Positions 41,701 to 52,685 of a stretch of 64,000 bases of DNA are shown here, piece after piece. The notes beneath the pieces are model-generated. The model saw nothing but the letters and a program-made list of their open reading frames with translations. It did not search any database and was not told the origin of the DNA. A program made the position numbers and the translations under genes. Location: NCBI GenBank assembly GCA_963812015.1, contig CAWETI010000003.1, forward strand, positions 768,001 through 832,000, written 5' to 3'. Each line of letters begins with the position of its first letter. Position 1 is the stretch's first letter. The stretch comes from an uncultured delta proteobacterium (GTDB taxonomy: Bacteria > Desulfobacterota > Desulfobaccia > Desulfobaccales > 0-14-0-80-60-11).

Positions 41701-42582
41701 ATGGACAAACACCCTTCCATCTTTGAAATCCTCAAAAAATTCGATTCTGAGGAAAAGTGCATTCAGCATTTTGAACACATCCGCTGGCCCCATGGACTTA
41801 CCTGCATAAGATGCGGAAGCAAGCGGATATTCCAATACAACACCGTGGGCAAAACCAAGAAAATGCGCCACCTTTATCAATGTGTGGATTGTAAATACAA
41901 TTTTTCCGTAACTACCGGAACTGTCTTTCACGATTCTCATTTGCCCCTGACAAAGTGGTTTCTGGGGATATATCTGATCTGTTCCGCCAAAAAGGGAGTA
42001 TCGGCCAAACAGCTTCAACGCCAGCTTTCCGTATCCTATAAGACTGCGTGGTATATGGCTCATCGTATTCGCCTTGCTATGTCAGAGGATGAGGACTTTT
42101 GCCAGAAGTTCGCCGGAATTTGCGAAGTTGACGAGACTTATGTAGGTGGCAAAGGCAAAGGTCCACACGGGCGCGGAGCCGCCAATAAAATTCCCGTAGT
42201 CGCCATAAAAGAGCGGACATCAGGCAAAATCCGTATGAAAGCAGTTAATAATGTCAAAGCCAGCACCTTGCGGGGATCCATCCGCAATCATGTCTTGCCT
42301 GGGGCTGAGATTCATACCGATGAGTTTAAGTCCTATCTGTGGCTTGATAGCTCTGAGTTTGTCCATAATGCGGTCAACCATTCGGAAACTTATGTAAAAG
42401 CCGGGAATATCCATACTAACGGAATTGAAAATGTTTGGTCCCTGTTTAAACGCGCTATAACCAGCGTTTACCATAAGGTTTCCGCTAAGTATCTGCCTCT
42501 TTACCTGAATGAGTTTGCTTACCGTTTCAATCATCGTGACCAAGTGTGCCTCTTGGATAAAGTTTTAGAAACGAGTTTCTAA
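41701..42582 (+). CDS. IS1595-family DDE transposase
   Basis: CxxC zinc ribbon, EVDETYVGG, IHTDE, HTNGIENVWS, YLNEFAYRFN. Confidence 0.93.
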   Translation: MDKHPSIFEILKKFDSEEKCIQHFEHIRWPHGLTCIRCGSKRIFQYNTVGKTKKMRHLYQCVDCKYNFSVTTGTVFHDSHLPLTKWFLGIYLICSAKKGVSAKQLQRQLSVSYKTAWYMAHRIRLAMSEDEDFCQKFAGICEVDETYVGGKGKGPHGRGAANKIPVVAIKERTSGKIRMKAVNNVKASTLRGSIRNHVLPGAEIHTDEFKSYLWLDSSEFVHNAVNHSETYVKAGNIHTNGIENVWSLFKRAITSVYHKVSAKYLPLYLNEFAYRFNHRDQVCLLDKVLETSF

Positions 42583-42596
42583 ATCACACAAAAAAA

Positions 42597-43640
42597 TTAA
42601 GGACCATATTTGAGTTTCCAATTAATTGATTTCCTAGTTTTTTCTGTAATATGAATTGAAAGCCTTTCCATGAACCCCTTAATATGCTACATTGCTTTCC
42701 AAGCCTCATATTCATCGTAGTCATAACGGGGGTGCATGGTGGGGTGTCTATAAACAATTTTGAAAGCTCTCAATTTGCCAATAATACCACGATAAAAAGA
42801 TAGTGCTGCATCTTTTTCTGGGCCAGCATGGGCACTTTCCATTGGATCAACTTTCTTTTCAATATCTCTAATTATTATTCCCCATTCACCCCATTCCAAA
42901 GGTTTATTCTTTAGCGTAACCCCCCTCTCTCGCGCGAGTGCCCTTAATCCATATTCAGCAATTCTCATTAGATGAAATATTATAGCAGTATATAAATTTG
43001 CTGCGTAACAATTGCCAGCGTTTTTAATGTCATTAGCAGCATCTTTAAAAGCATTTTTGACATTTTCTCCGAATAAAGCCTCTTGTTCAAAATATTCCTG
43101 CTTCGCAACAGGTATATATGCAAATTTATGCCTATCTAATTCTATCAATATTGTTTGATTTAATCCTGTTATCTAAGTTGTAATTTCATCATAGCTAAAA
43201 CATGGTATATTAAACTTTCGACATTCATAAATCCATTTTTCTAATAAATTGATACGGTCAAGCGATGATGCTAATTCTGCTTTCTTCAATTCTGGTTTTG
43301 CAGATGCAATAATTTTCAAAATTATATCTTCCTCATAAGAAGATATTTTCGGTAAATTACCTAAATATCTTTCATGTACAGCAATATTTGCAATATATTT
43401 CATAGCCAATCCTTCAAGATCAGAAATTAATTGAGCAATATTGTTTACCCTTAATTCTATCAATTCCCGAAGGCTCCATAGGCGAGATGAATCACCATCC
43501 CACGGTAGAGCCTTTTTGTCAAGGCAGTCTTTGTTGTAAAGAACCCATGGCCCCGCCCCACCATTTATGCTATGGTGAGTTTGCCCGATTCCCATTTCCT
43601 GGAGGTTAGGAGCCATGGCTGGTAAGTTCTGTCCGTTCAC
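42597..43640 (-). pseudogene. HEPN-like passenger gene interrupted by two in-frame TAG codons (start uncertain)
   Basis: One reading frame with TAG at 43173-43175 and 42687-42689, ending at TAA 42597-42599; AGNCYAANLYTAIIFHLMRIAEYGLRALA and RHPTMH. Confidence 0.65.
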
Positions 43641-43772
43641 TAAAGTAGCCTGTAATGAAAATTGTCAGTTGTATGTTAAAAATACACTTTACGGAAATGG
43701 GTGTGTTTTCTCAATAACCTTGGGTCGTTTAATAAGTATAGACCACAGTATGGGGAAACTCCTTCAAAAGCC

Positions 43773-43952
43773 TTAGACATCATAGCGAATTGGTAATTGA
43801 TCAAGGGCGGTCGCCACTTCGCTATGTAACAAGGTCGGTCCAAACAAAACTTGGATATCATTTGGGTGTATTCCACCCTCTGTCTTGATAAACTCTTTGA
43901 CTAGGTCAACTACTTTTTCTTTCAGAATGTCTCTTTGGCTTGTAGTTTCCAT
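43773..43952 (-). CDS. Small hypothetical passenger protein (59 aa; not in the ORF track)
   Basis: METTSQRDILKEKVVDLVKEFIKTEGGIHPND...; AGGT upstream; begins just inside the right inverted repeat. Confidence 0.45.
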   Translation of the reverse strand: METTSQRDILKEKVVDLVKEFIKTEGGIHPNDIQVLFGPTLLHSEVATALDQLPIRYDV

Positions 43953-44220
43953 AAGTTACCTAATTTCATGATTTTAGTGTACATTGTGAAGGGGATAATC
44001 GCCAAAAATTATTGGTCGCACATCCATTAAATATCGCCGCATAAGCTAAATGGATTGATATCTGCTCTATCTGCGCGAGTTCAATCAAAATAACAGGTAG
44101 TTGATATGGTTATCATAGTTGGATATAAGAACCTGGGGGAATTTTAAATTTTAGCATTCAATGCAGGGTTACCTTTGATCTTGGTCTGATGATTGTCAAT
44201 TTAAATCTCGGGCATTAGAT

Positions 44221-44634
44221 CTTCACCCCTCCGACCGCGCCCTCCCCATCAAGGGGGAGGAGGGATAAGGAATATTCTGGGCGATGCGCACCGATAGAGG
44301 GCGGACACGCAGGTCCGTCCCTACGCCCCCCTCACCCCAGCCCTCTCCCCCCGAAAGCGGATGGAGAGGGGGTTAGAGGAACACAGGCTGGAAAGCCTAT
44401 GCTACCAAAAATAGCTGTGCCCAAGCTGAGTTTGGGCGGAAAGTGGCGTTCCCATGTGCAACTTGGGAACGAGGGGAGGGCGCCCCAACGGGAGGTGCCC
44501 AAGCTCAGCTTGGGCTAAAATTTGCGTTCCCAAGCAGGAGCTTGGGAACGAGAAACGAGGGCGGGAAAATATAGTTTGAAGGCTTCGGTCATACCGGCGG
44601 ATCCTCAGAAACCATGTTCCCCCTCACCCTAACC
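44221..44634. repeat. Mosaic cluster of REP-like palindromes from several families
   Basis: ccctccccatcaagggggagg, agggcggacacgcaggtccgtccctac, cccctcaccccagccctctccc, caggctggaaagcct, several cccaag...ttggg units, cccctcaccctaacc. Confidence 0.75.
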
Positions 44635-44649
44635 CTTGTATGTTAAAGG

Positions 44650-45806
<1,157 letters not shown>

Positions 45807-46034
45807 CATCTAACACAGTCGCTCTTCGGTTGCCCCTGCCTTTGATCCGGACTCATGGGTATCTCTTAAGCATCAAGGAGAATATATTCAATGCTAGTCT
45901 TACTATTCCCCCCTAAAAATGTTATCCGTAAAAGCATCCATTTTAGTTTGGAGAACTATGGGGAACTCCCTCGGTAACTCCTTCACCCGGACGAGGAGAG
46001 GTTATCTTTTTCGAAATGGCAGGAAAATCTGGTT

Positions 46035-47066
46035 ATGCCCGCATTGATCCCCGGTAATTTTCACACCACCGCCATGGCCATCCTGCCCCACGATCAGGCG
46101 GAGCCGGCCCTGGAACTGGCCCTCTCCCTGGACATCCCCTTTTGGCCTCAACTGCCCCATTTGAGCTATTATGAAGACATGTATGTCCAGGCTGCGGAGC
46201 ATTTCCCCGGCATCCTGCTCTTCCCGGAGGAAAACCGCCTCCGGTTCGATACGGAAAAGTTCTCTGAGGGCCTGCCCCAGCTCCTGGAACACTGGGAGGA
46301 TCTGGCGTATTTTGATATTTCGCCCCAATATTCCGTGGTCTATCATCGCTTTCTCGAGTTGGACCTCAGCGGCTATGTCGCCATCCGGGGGCAGCTGGAA
46401 GGCCCCATCAGCTTCGGCTTGAAGATCCTGGACGAAAACGACCGGCCGGTCATCTTCAATGATGACGTGCGGCCCACCCTGATGGACTTCATGGCCCGCC
46501 GGGTCCAATCCCAACTGAACCGCCTCAAGGCCAAGCACCCCCGGGCCTTTATGTTCATTGACGAGCCGGGGCTGCAGTTCATTTTCAGCTCCGTCTCCGG
46601 CTACCCGGACATGAGGGCCAAAGAAGACCTGGACCGGTTCCTGGCCCAAATCGAGCGGCCCCGGGGCATCCACCTCTGCGGCAATCCCGATTGGGAGTTT
46701 CTCCTCAACCGGGACCTGGACATCCTGTCCATGGACATTTACACCAACGCCGAGATCTTCCAGTGTTACGGCCAGGCCATCCGCCGGTTTCTGGAGCGGG
46801 GCGGAGTGCTGGCCTGGGGCCTGGTCCCCACCGGCTTTGAGGCCTTCACCCAGGAAAGTCAGGACCACCTCATCACCCACCTGGAAAACCTCTGGCTCAC
46901 CCTCCTCAAGGCCGGCATTGACCGGGACCAGCTCCTGGCCCAGAGCTTGCTCTCCCCGGCCACCTGCTGCCTCATCAACCCGGACCGGGAGAAAACCGTG
47001 GCCCAGGCCTATGCCTGGCTCCGGGAGGTGTCCCACCACCTCCGGGACAAGTATCATCTAGAATGA
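46035..47066 (+). CDS. Single-barrel MetE/UROD-superfamily protein (truncated methionine-synthase-like)
   Basis: PFWPQLP, GQLEGPIS, FIDEP, GIHLCG, WGLVPT, SPATCC. Confidence 0.65.
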   Translation: MPALIPGNFHTTAMAILPHDQAEPALELALSLDIPFWPQLPHLSYYEDMYVQAAEHFPGILLFPEENRLRFDTEKFSEGLPQLLEHWEDLAYFDISPQYSVVYHRFLELDLSGYVAIRGQLEGPISFGLKILDENDRPVIFNDDVRPTLMDFMARRVQSQLNRLKAKHPRAFMFIDEPGLQFIFSSVSGYPDMRAKEDLDRFLAQIERPRGIHLCGNPDWEFLLNRDLDILSMDIYTNAEIFQCYGQAIRRFLERGGVLAWGLVPTGFEAFTQESQDHLITHLENLWLTLLKAGIDRDQLLAQSLLSPATCCLINPDREKTVAQAYAWLREVSHHLRDKYHLE

Positions 47067-47072
47067 TCCGTC

Positions 47073-47834
47073 ATGACTGAGCGGCAGACCCCGGCCATTG
47101 TGCTGACCGTGCGGGATTACGGCGAGGCGGACCTCCTGGTGACCTTCCTCACCCCGGAACACGGCCCCCTCACCGGCATCGCCAAGCACGCCAAAAAAAG
47201 CCGCCGCCGCTTCGCCCACTGCCTGGAGCCCTTGAGCCGGGTGCGGTTTTTCCTGTCGCCCCGTGTCGGCCGGGACCTGGAGTTCCTGCAAAAAGGCGAG
47301 CTGGTCAGATCTTTTCCGGCCCTGCGCCGGGACCTGAAGCGGCTGGGGGCCGCGGCGCTCCTGGCCGAAGTGGCTGGCCTCCTGGCCGGCCCCCCGGAGG
47401 CCTACCAGGAGATTTTCACCGCCCTGGAGGAAGCCCTGGCCCTCCTGGAGCAGGGCTTACCTCCCGATTCCCTGCTGCCCGCCTTTCTGCTCCACCTCCT
47501 GGGCCTGGGGGGCTACCGGCCCCGTCTCCACCACTGCGGGCTCTGCGGCAATGAGCCCGCACCGCCCCTTAACTTCAGCCTCCCCCGGGGCGGCATATTC
47601 TGCGGCGCCTGCAGCCGTCAGGCCCCGGGGCCCTTGTTGCCTCTCTCCCCCGGGGCCTGGAAACTCTTGCGCCTGGCCCAGGACCTGCCCCGGGACAAAC
47701 TCACCCGCCTGCGCTTCCCCCCCCAGCAGCGGGACCAAAGCCTGTTAATCTTCAAGGCCTTTCTGCGCTACCACCTGGGCAAGGACCTGAAATCCTGGTC
47801 TTTTTGGGAAAAAGTCAACCGCTCCCCGGGGTGA
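47073..47834 (+). CDS. recO: DNA repair protein RecO
   Basis: DYGEADLLV, AKKSRRRF, CxxC...CxxC zinc finger. Confidence 0.9.
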   Translation: MTERQTPAIVLTVRDYGEADLLVTFLTPEHGPLTGIAKHAKKSRRRFAHCLEPLSRVRFFLSPRVGRDLEFLQKGELVRSFPALRRDLKRLGAAALLAEVAGLLAGPPEAYQEIFTALEEALALLEQGLPPDSLLPAFLLHLLGLGGYRPRLHHCGLCGNEPAPPLNFSLPRGGIFCGACSRQAPGPLLPLSPGAWKLLRLAQDLPRDKLTRLRFPPQQRDQSLLIFKAFLRYHLGKDLKSWSFWEKVNRSPG

Positions 47835-47892
47835 CGAATCACTGCTTCAGGGCGTTTTATCCTAAGTTGCGCTCATATAGGTAATAGTGTTT

Positions 47893-48190
47893 TGTCGGGG
47901 CGGACCTAGATGTCCCCCCTGATGGATGGCGCATACGCAGGTGCGCCCCTACAGGCAGACGCTTTCCTTACTTCTATAGAGAGCAACATGGTATAAAAAT
48001 ATCTCCCTCTCCACCCGTGGGCGGGGTGAGTGGGGCTGATTTTGCAGGAGAGCAATTGCCAAAAGTTTTTTCCGTTATGGCGCCTGCTCCAAGAACCTAA
48101 ATCCCCCCTATCCCCCCTTTTCCCAAGGGGGGAACTTAGCGGAATTCCTTTTAAAGTCCCCCTTTGACAAAGGGGGATTTAGGGGGATTT
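47893..48190. repeat. REP-like repeats
   Basis: ggcgcatacgcaggtgcgcccctac and the inverted aatccccccta.../tagggggatt pair with ccccctttgacaaagggggat. Confidence 0.6.
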
Positions 48191-48257
48191 AAAAACCATC
48201 CATGGGAAGGAATTTTTGGCAAACGCTCTACGAGAGGGTTCCCTCCGGCAGGTGCAT

Positions 48258-49139
48258 ATGATCGATACTGCGATAACTTCACATACCCTTTCGCCCTTCC
48301 TGGTGCCCGGCGTCTTCCTCCTGCTCCTGGCCCTGGAAGCCCTGCGCCCCCTGCGCCGCTTAAAACGCTCCCGGGGCCCACGCTATATCGTCAACGGCGC
48401 CCTCACCGGTCTGGGCTTCCTCGCGGGGGTGCTCGTGGTCAGGCCCGCGGCCCTGGGGGGCGCCCTCTGGGCCCAGCGCCACTCCTTCGGGCTCCTCAAC
48501 CTGGCGGCCCTGCCCCTCTGGATCAAGGTGGCCGCCGGGGTCCTCCTCATGGACCTCACCTTCTATTACTGGCACCGCCTCAACCACACCCGGCCCCTCC
48601 TCTGGCGTTTCCACAACGTTCACCACGCCGACCCGGACATGGACGTGACCACCTCGTTCCGCTTTCACTTCGGCGAGGTGCTCTATTCCACGGTCTTCCG
48701 CCTCCTCCAGGTGGGGCTGATCGGGGTTGCGCCCCTCACCTATGTGGTCTATGAGGCGGCGTTCAACTGCGCCACCCTGTTCCACCACAGCAATCTGCGC
48801 CTGCCCGTGGCCTGGGAGCGGCGTCTGAACCGGGTCTTCGTCACCCCCCGCATGCACGGGGTGCACCATTCCGCGGTGGGCCCTGAGACCAACTCCAATT
48901 ATTCGGTGATCTTTTCCTGGTGGGACCGGCTGAACCGGAGCCTGAAGCTCAACGTCGGCCAAAGGAACATCGTCATCGGGGTCCCCGGCTACCTGCGGCC
49001 GGGGGATAACCGCATCCTGCCCATGCTGGCCCTGCCCTTCCGCCAACAGCGCCCTTACTGGCGCTGGCCCAGCGGCAAGGCGTCGCTCCGGGTCAAACCG
49101 GTGGGGACGCCGGACCGACCGGAGATCATGGCGGCATAA
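48258..49139 (+). CDS. Sterol desaturase / fatty acid hydroxylase family protein
   Basis: His boxes HRLNH, HNVHH, FHHSN, HGVHH. Confidence 0.88.
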   Translation: MIDTAITSHTLSPFLVPGVFLLLLALEALRPLRRLKRSRGPRYIVNGALTGLGFLAGVLVVRPAALGGALWAQRHSFGLLNLAALPLWIKVAAGVLLMDLTFYYWHRLNHTRPLLWRFHNVHHADPDMDVTTSFRFHFGEVLYSTVFRLLQVGLIGVAPLTYVVYEAAFNCATLFHHSNLRLPVAWERRLNRVFVTPRMHGVHHSAVGPETNSNYSVIFSWWDRLNRSLKLNVGQRNIVIGVPGYLRPGDNRILPMLALPFRQQRPYWRWPSGKASLRVKPVGTPDRPEIMAA

Positions 49140-49469
49140 TATCTTGCCGATTTTCATCGAATGAACGAGGGGGTTTCCGTTGTTGCAGATGATAAGATAA
49201 TTCTATTTATGATAACGATATCAAATAAATCTGATGATGCTTTAAAAGGGGGATATATAGCAGATATTCAGGCCTCTGGTGCAGACCATGGTGTGATAAA
49301 GACGTTCAATTTACGAGGTTATCTCAGAGGCTCCCAAGATTAATTCCTTCTTCGATCCATTCATCAAATTTTAATATTTATCAAACAAAAATATAACATT
49401 CGAAAGTGACAATAGACCTGCAAAGAACCCAAAGATAGTGATTTGTCCATAGTCTCGGTAGAAGGACAG

Positions 49470-49562
49470 GGGAGGATCTTTGAGTCCGGTCCGACCCAGA
49501 AAATCTTTAGCAACCCCTCGCACCAGAAAACTCAAGATTATATTAACGGCCGTTTTGGTTGA
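49470..49562 (+). pseudogene. pstB: C-terminal remnant of phosphate ABC ATPase PstB
   Basis: Translates to [30 protein letters not shown], the characteristic PstB C-terminus. Confidence 0.7.
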
Positions 49563-49815
49563 ATCCATCGAGATTCAAAAACTACAGGTGAGGGAGATCT
49601 ACAGACCCTCAGTGGGGCCTAACATGGAAGAAATCCTGGTTTGCGTAGCCATGATCATCATCATCTATGTGTTCATGGCCTTCGCATATAAGAAAGGGTG
49701 GTAGGCGCAGAAAGCGAATTTTTAATATTTCCGAAGCCAAAAGGAAACAATGGCGTGAGACAATATATATCAACGATTCAAGGTTAAGAAACTTAGTTTC
49801 CAAAAGGGAGATACC

Positions 49816-50043
49816 GTGTCCCATATAGACTATGTGGTCAAGGCGGCAGAGGCGTTGGATGCTCCCGGGGAGATTTGGCTCTTCCGCGACAAGATCTTTT
49901 ACGATCCCGCCAGCCGGGAATGGTGTTTTACCGGTTCTCCTTCGAAGGGATTGAAGTTTATCGGAGAAACAAGGTATTGGGTCCTTAAAATTTGCGGCTG
50001 GCTCCAATGCAAATACCCAGAAGGGCCTATCTGTTCCATCTGA
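49816..50043 (+). CDS. Small hypothetical protein
   Basis: 75-aa ORF with GGGAG RBS before GTG. Confidence 0.3.
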   Translation: MSHIDYVVKAAEALDAPGEIWLFRDKIFYDPASREWCFTGSPSKGLKFIGETRYWVLKICGWLQCKYPEGPICSI

Positions 50044-50301
50044 CAGTCATCCCCATCGGAGGACAAGTTATCTTTTGCGAAGGAAGGTAAAGGACCATGG
50101 ATGCTGCCATAGATGAATCAACCTCCCGGGAAAAGCAGCAGGCCGTAGAGAATCTCCGGAATGAATTACACAAGATATATTGGGCCCTAGTTGGCAAAGA
50201 GCCTGACGCCGTAGTAGTATAACCCGAGGCTGAATCTGTCATTATCTCCGGCGAGCAACGTAAAGCAGCGCCAGGTCATATAATAACCAGGCAATCATAT
50301 T

Positions 50302-50985
50302 ATGGATATTCTCTATCATCTCGTCATACAATATGGGTATCTGGGAATTTTTATCTTGCTTATGGTGGGCATTTTCGGCATTCCGCTCCCGGATGAATTC
50401 TTGGTGCTCTTCATCGGTTACCTGGTTTTTCGGGGGGACTTGCAGTTTATCCCCGCGGCCCTCGCCGTGATCTCCGGAAGCATCTGCGGTATCTCAGTAA
50501 ATTATGTGGTCGGGAGAATTATCGGTGACCGTATTTTCAAAACCTCGGCTTACTTTTTCCCTAAGGGGCCGCAAAAGCTCAGCCATCTGACGAATTGGTT
50601 AGCCCAGTCAGGGGGGAAAGTCTTGTTCATGGCGTATTTCTCGCCGGGGACCAGACATTGGGCCCCGGTAGGGGCCGGAATCGCTGGGATGTCCCCTAGG
50701 GTTGGCGCTCTCTTTGCTTTTCCGGCCGCGGCACTCTGGTCATTGGCCGTTATCTGGTTGGGCTATCATTTTGGCCAAGAAGAGGTTTGCCTGTCCCAAA
50801 GATTTTTATTCCCTTATCTTCAGGTCATGAGCGGGGGGATCATCCTCTCGGGGCTCCTGTGGTACTTTTTTATAAGAACCAGACGCCTGCAGCGATGGTG
50901 CTCCCTTAAGAAAATAAGAAAATCACTCCCTGACCCGGTAGCCAACCCCCCGCACGGTCTCGATGTATTTGGCCGCGGCGCCTAA
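50302..50985 (+). CDS. DedA family membrane protein
   Basis: YGYLGIF, GIPLPDE, YVVGR, FSPGTRH. Confidence 0.85.
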   Translation: MDILYHLVIQYGYLGIFILLMVGIFGIPLPDEFLVLFIGYLVFRGDLQFIPAALAVISGSICGISVNYVVGRIIGDRIFKTSAYFFPKGPQKLSHLTNWLAQSGGKVLFMAYFSPGTRHWAPVGAGIAGMSPRVGALFAFPAAALWSLAVIWLGYHFGQEEVCLSQRFLFPYLQVMSGGIILSGLLWYFFIRTRRLQRWCSLKKIRKSLPDPVANPPHGLDVFGRGA

Positions 50986-51609
50986 TTTTTTGCGCAACGT
51001 CACAATCTGAACGTCCACGGCCCGGTCGGAGACGGCGTAATTGTCCCCATGCACGCCGGCCACAATTTGGGACCGGGTAAAAACCCAACCTGGCTTACGG
51101 GCCATCAGGTGCAGGAGGCGGAATTCCGACGCGGTTAAATCCACGGGGCAGGCCGCGACCAGCACTGCGTGGCAGCCGGGTTTGATCGTCATTTCGTGAA
51201 GGTTCACCACCGCGCCCTCTTCCGAAGGCTCAACCCGACGGGTGCGCAGCACCGCCCGCAAACGGGCCAATAACACCCGGGTGCTGAAGGGCTTAGTGAT
51301 ATAGTCATCGGCGCCCAACTCCAACCCGGTGACCACGTCCGCTTCTTCCCCTTTGGCCGTGAGCATGATGATCGGCACCTGCCGGGTCATGGCGCCCTGT
51401 TTGAGCAGGCGACAAACCTCCAACCCATCCATCCCGGGAAGCATGAGATCCAGTAAAATGAGGTCCGGCAGGCTGGACCGGGCAATTTGGACGCATTCTT
51501 CCCCGGAGGAGAGCGCGGTTACCCGATACCCTTCTCTGGCCAGATTGTAGGTGAGGAGTTCCAGGATGTCCTCCTCATCCTCCACTGCGATAATGTGTTC
51601 TTTAGCCAT
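50923..51609 (-). CDS. OmpR/PhoB-family response regulator (PhoB-like)
   Basis: LLDLMLPGMDG, LTAKGEE, GADDYITKPF, DRAVDVQI, ETVRGVGY. Confidence 0.9.
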   Translation of the reverse strand: MAKEHIIAVEDEEDILELLTYNLAREGYRVTALSSGEECVQIARSSLPDLILLDLMLPGMDGLEVCRLLKQGAMTRQVPIIMLTAKGEEADVVTGLELGADDYITKPFSTRVLLARLRAVLRTRRVEPSEEGAVVNLHEMTIKPGCHAVLVAACPVDLTASEFRLLHLMARKPGWVFTRSQIVAGVHGDNYAVSDRAVDVQIVTLRKKLGAAAKYIETVRGVGYRVRE

Positions 51610-51726
51610 GGAGCCCCCTGTTTGCGCTGTCGAGCTTGCCGGTGATGGGTAACCACACCCTCTGCATCAAGCTTAAAAAGGCAGTGCCAGGAAAATCTCG
51701 GCCAGGTAAGCTCTGCTCTGCCGGCA

Positions 51727-52377
51727 TCAAAAGAAAATTTCGTAGACGCCGATGAAAATGAGAATCGAGCCAGAGATCACCCCGGATAACTTGCCCAGCC
51801 GGTGAAATCCGAAAATACCGCTTGATATGCCAATCCATATCGTAATGATGCTGAAAAAAAAGACAGAGATTGTCGTTAAAATGGGACTGAGGCCCAACAT
51901 CCCCGCCCCGACTCCATTGGGTATATTATTTAAAGTCAAGCCCAGGGCTAATGCGGTTGCTTCCTTCAAGTCGATATGCCCGGAGAGATCCCAGTCGGCT
52001 ATAATCGGGTTGTTAAGAATCGAGATTATTTGACGAAAACCAAATCTAGAATGAGCAGTTTCGGCAACAAGTTGTTTTTCTTCCTGGGGCTCTTTGCCCC
52101 GGCACATGACTTTCTCCTGGAATATTACCCAGATCCCGGCAGCTATTATGATGCTTCCCCCCAATAAACCAGCCATTTCAGGGCTTGTAAAAAGATAGAT
52201 GCTCTGCCCGAGGAGTATTGACAAAAGGGTGCCGCTTGAGGTAATCGAGGCAATAAGCAGGTTGGAGGTAAAGGGAATGTTAATCTTCCTAACGCCATAA
52301 GAAACGCCCACTCCGATATTATCAAGATTACTAGATAATGACAGTAACAAGATGGTCGCCAGATGTAGCGTTTGCAT
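51727..52377 (-). CDS. YtaF/MntP-family membrane protein
   Basis: SSNLDNIGVGVSYG, ADWDLSGHIDLKEA, LTLNN. Confidence 0.8.
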   Translation of the reverse strand: MQTLHLATILLLSLSSNLDNIGVGVSYGVRKINIPFTSNLLIASITSSGTLLSILLGQSIYLFTSPEMAGLLGGSIIIAAGIWVIFQEKVMCRGKEPQEEKQLVAETAHSRFGFRQIISILNNPIIADWDLSGHIDLKEATALALGLTLNNIPNGVGAGMLGLSPILTTISVFFFSIITIWIGISSGIFGFHRLGKLSGVISGSILIFIGVYEIFF

Positions 52378-52646
52378 TTACCGCTCTCTGAGAATATCAG
52401 GTTTATCGTTGGCTTCCCAAGGCAAGGGAAGCTCAATTCGCCCCTGATCCGACTCATTGCTTCGGTGCAATAACCAGGGAGGAAAAAATCCGCATACTCG
52501 ATATATACTCAATAAGTTAAGATTACACAATGATCAGGTTTCGATATATATCGCCGGATATTACTAAAGATTTACTGAGGAATAGCTTTGCAGAGCCTAC
52601 CGCATCCGGGATAAAGGTATGGTTGATATCTCGGATTTATACAAAA

Positions 52647-52685
52647 TTAACCTTATGCTAACCATAAAATAACTTAATAATAATC
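52647..52685 (+). promoter_or_regulatory. Pho-box-like tandem direct repeats with an 11-bp period
   Basis: TTAACC, CTAACC, ATAACT, ATAATC with TAA at 52648, 52659, 52670, 52681. Confidence 0.55.

Larger units (their letters stand above)
41636..44003 (+). mobile_element. IS1595-family element with passenger genes (ISNwi1-group-like ends)
   Basis: 24-bp terminal inverted repeats, 23/24 identical: ggcgattatccccttgacaatgta (41636-41659) and tacattgtgaaggggataatcgcc (43980-44003). Confidence 0.88.

Noticed and set aside
41625..44014. Target-site duplication for the IS1595 element
   Set aside because: Flanks (ttaaattt and aaaaatta) are AT-rich but not identical, so no TSD is claimed
44400..44560. 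Repeated cccaag...ttggg units resembling a CRISPR array
   Set aside because: Units are degenerate with irregular short spacers and there are no cas genes; they are REP-like palindromes
49699..49706. tggtaggc matching the tRNA-Lys 3' end as a possible att site
   Set aside because: Only 8 bp, expected by chance, and no integrase is present
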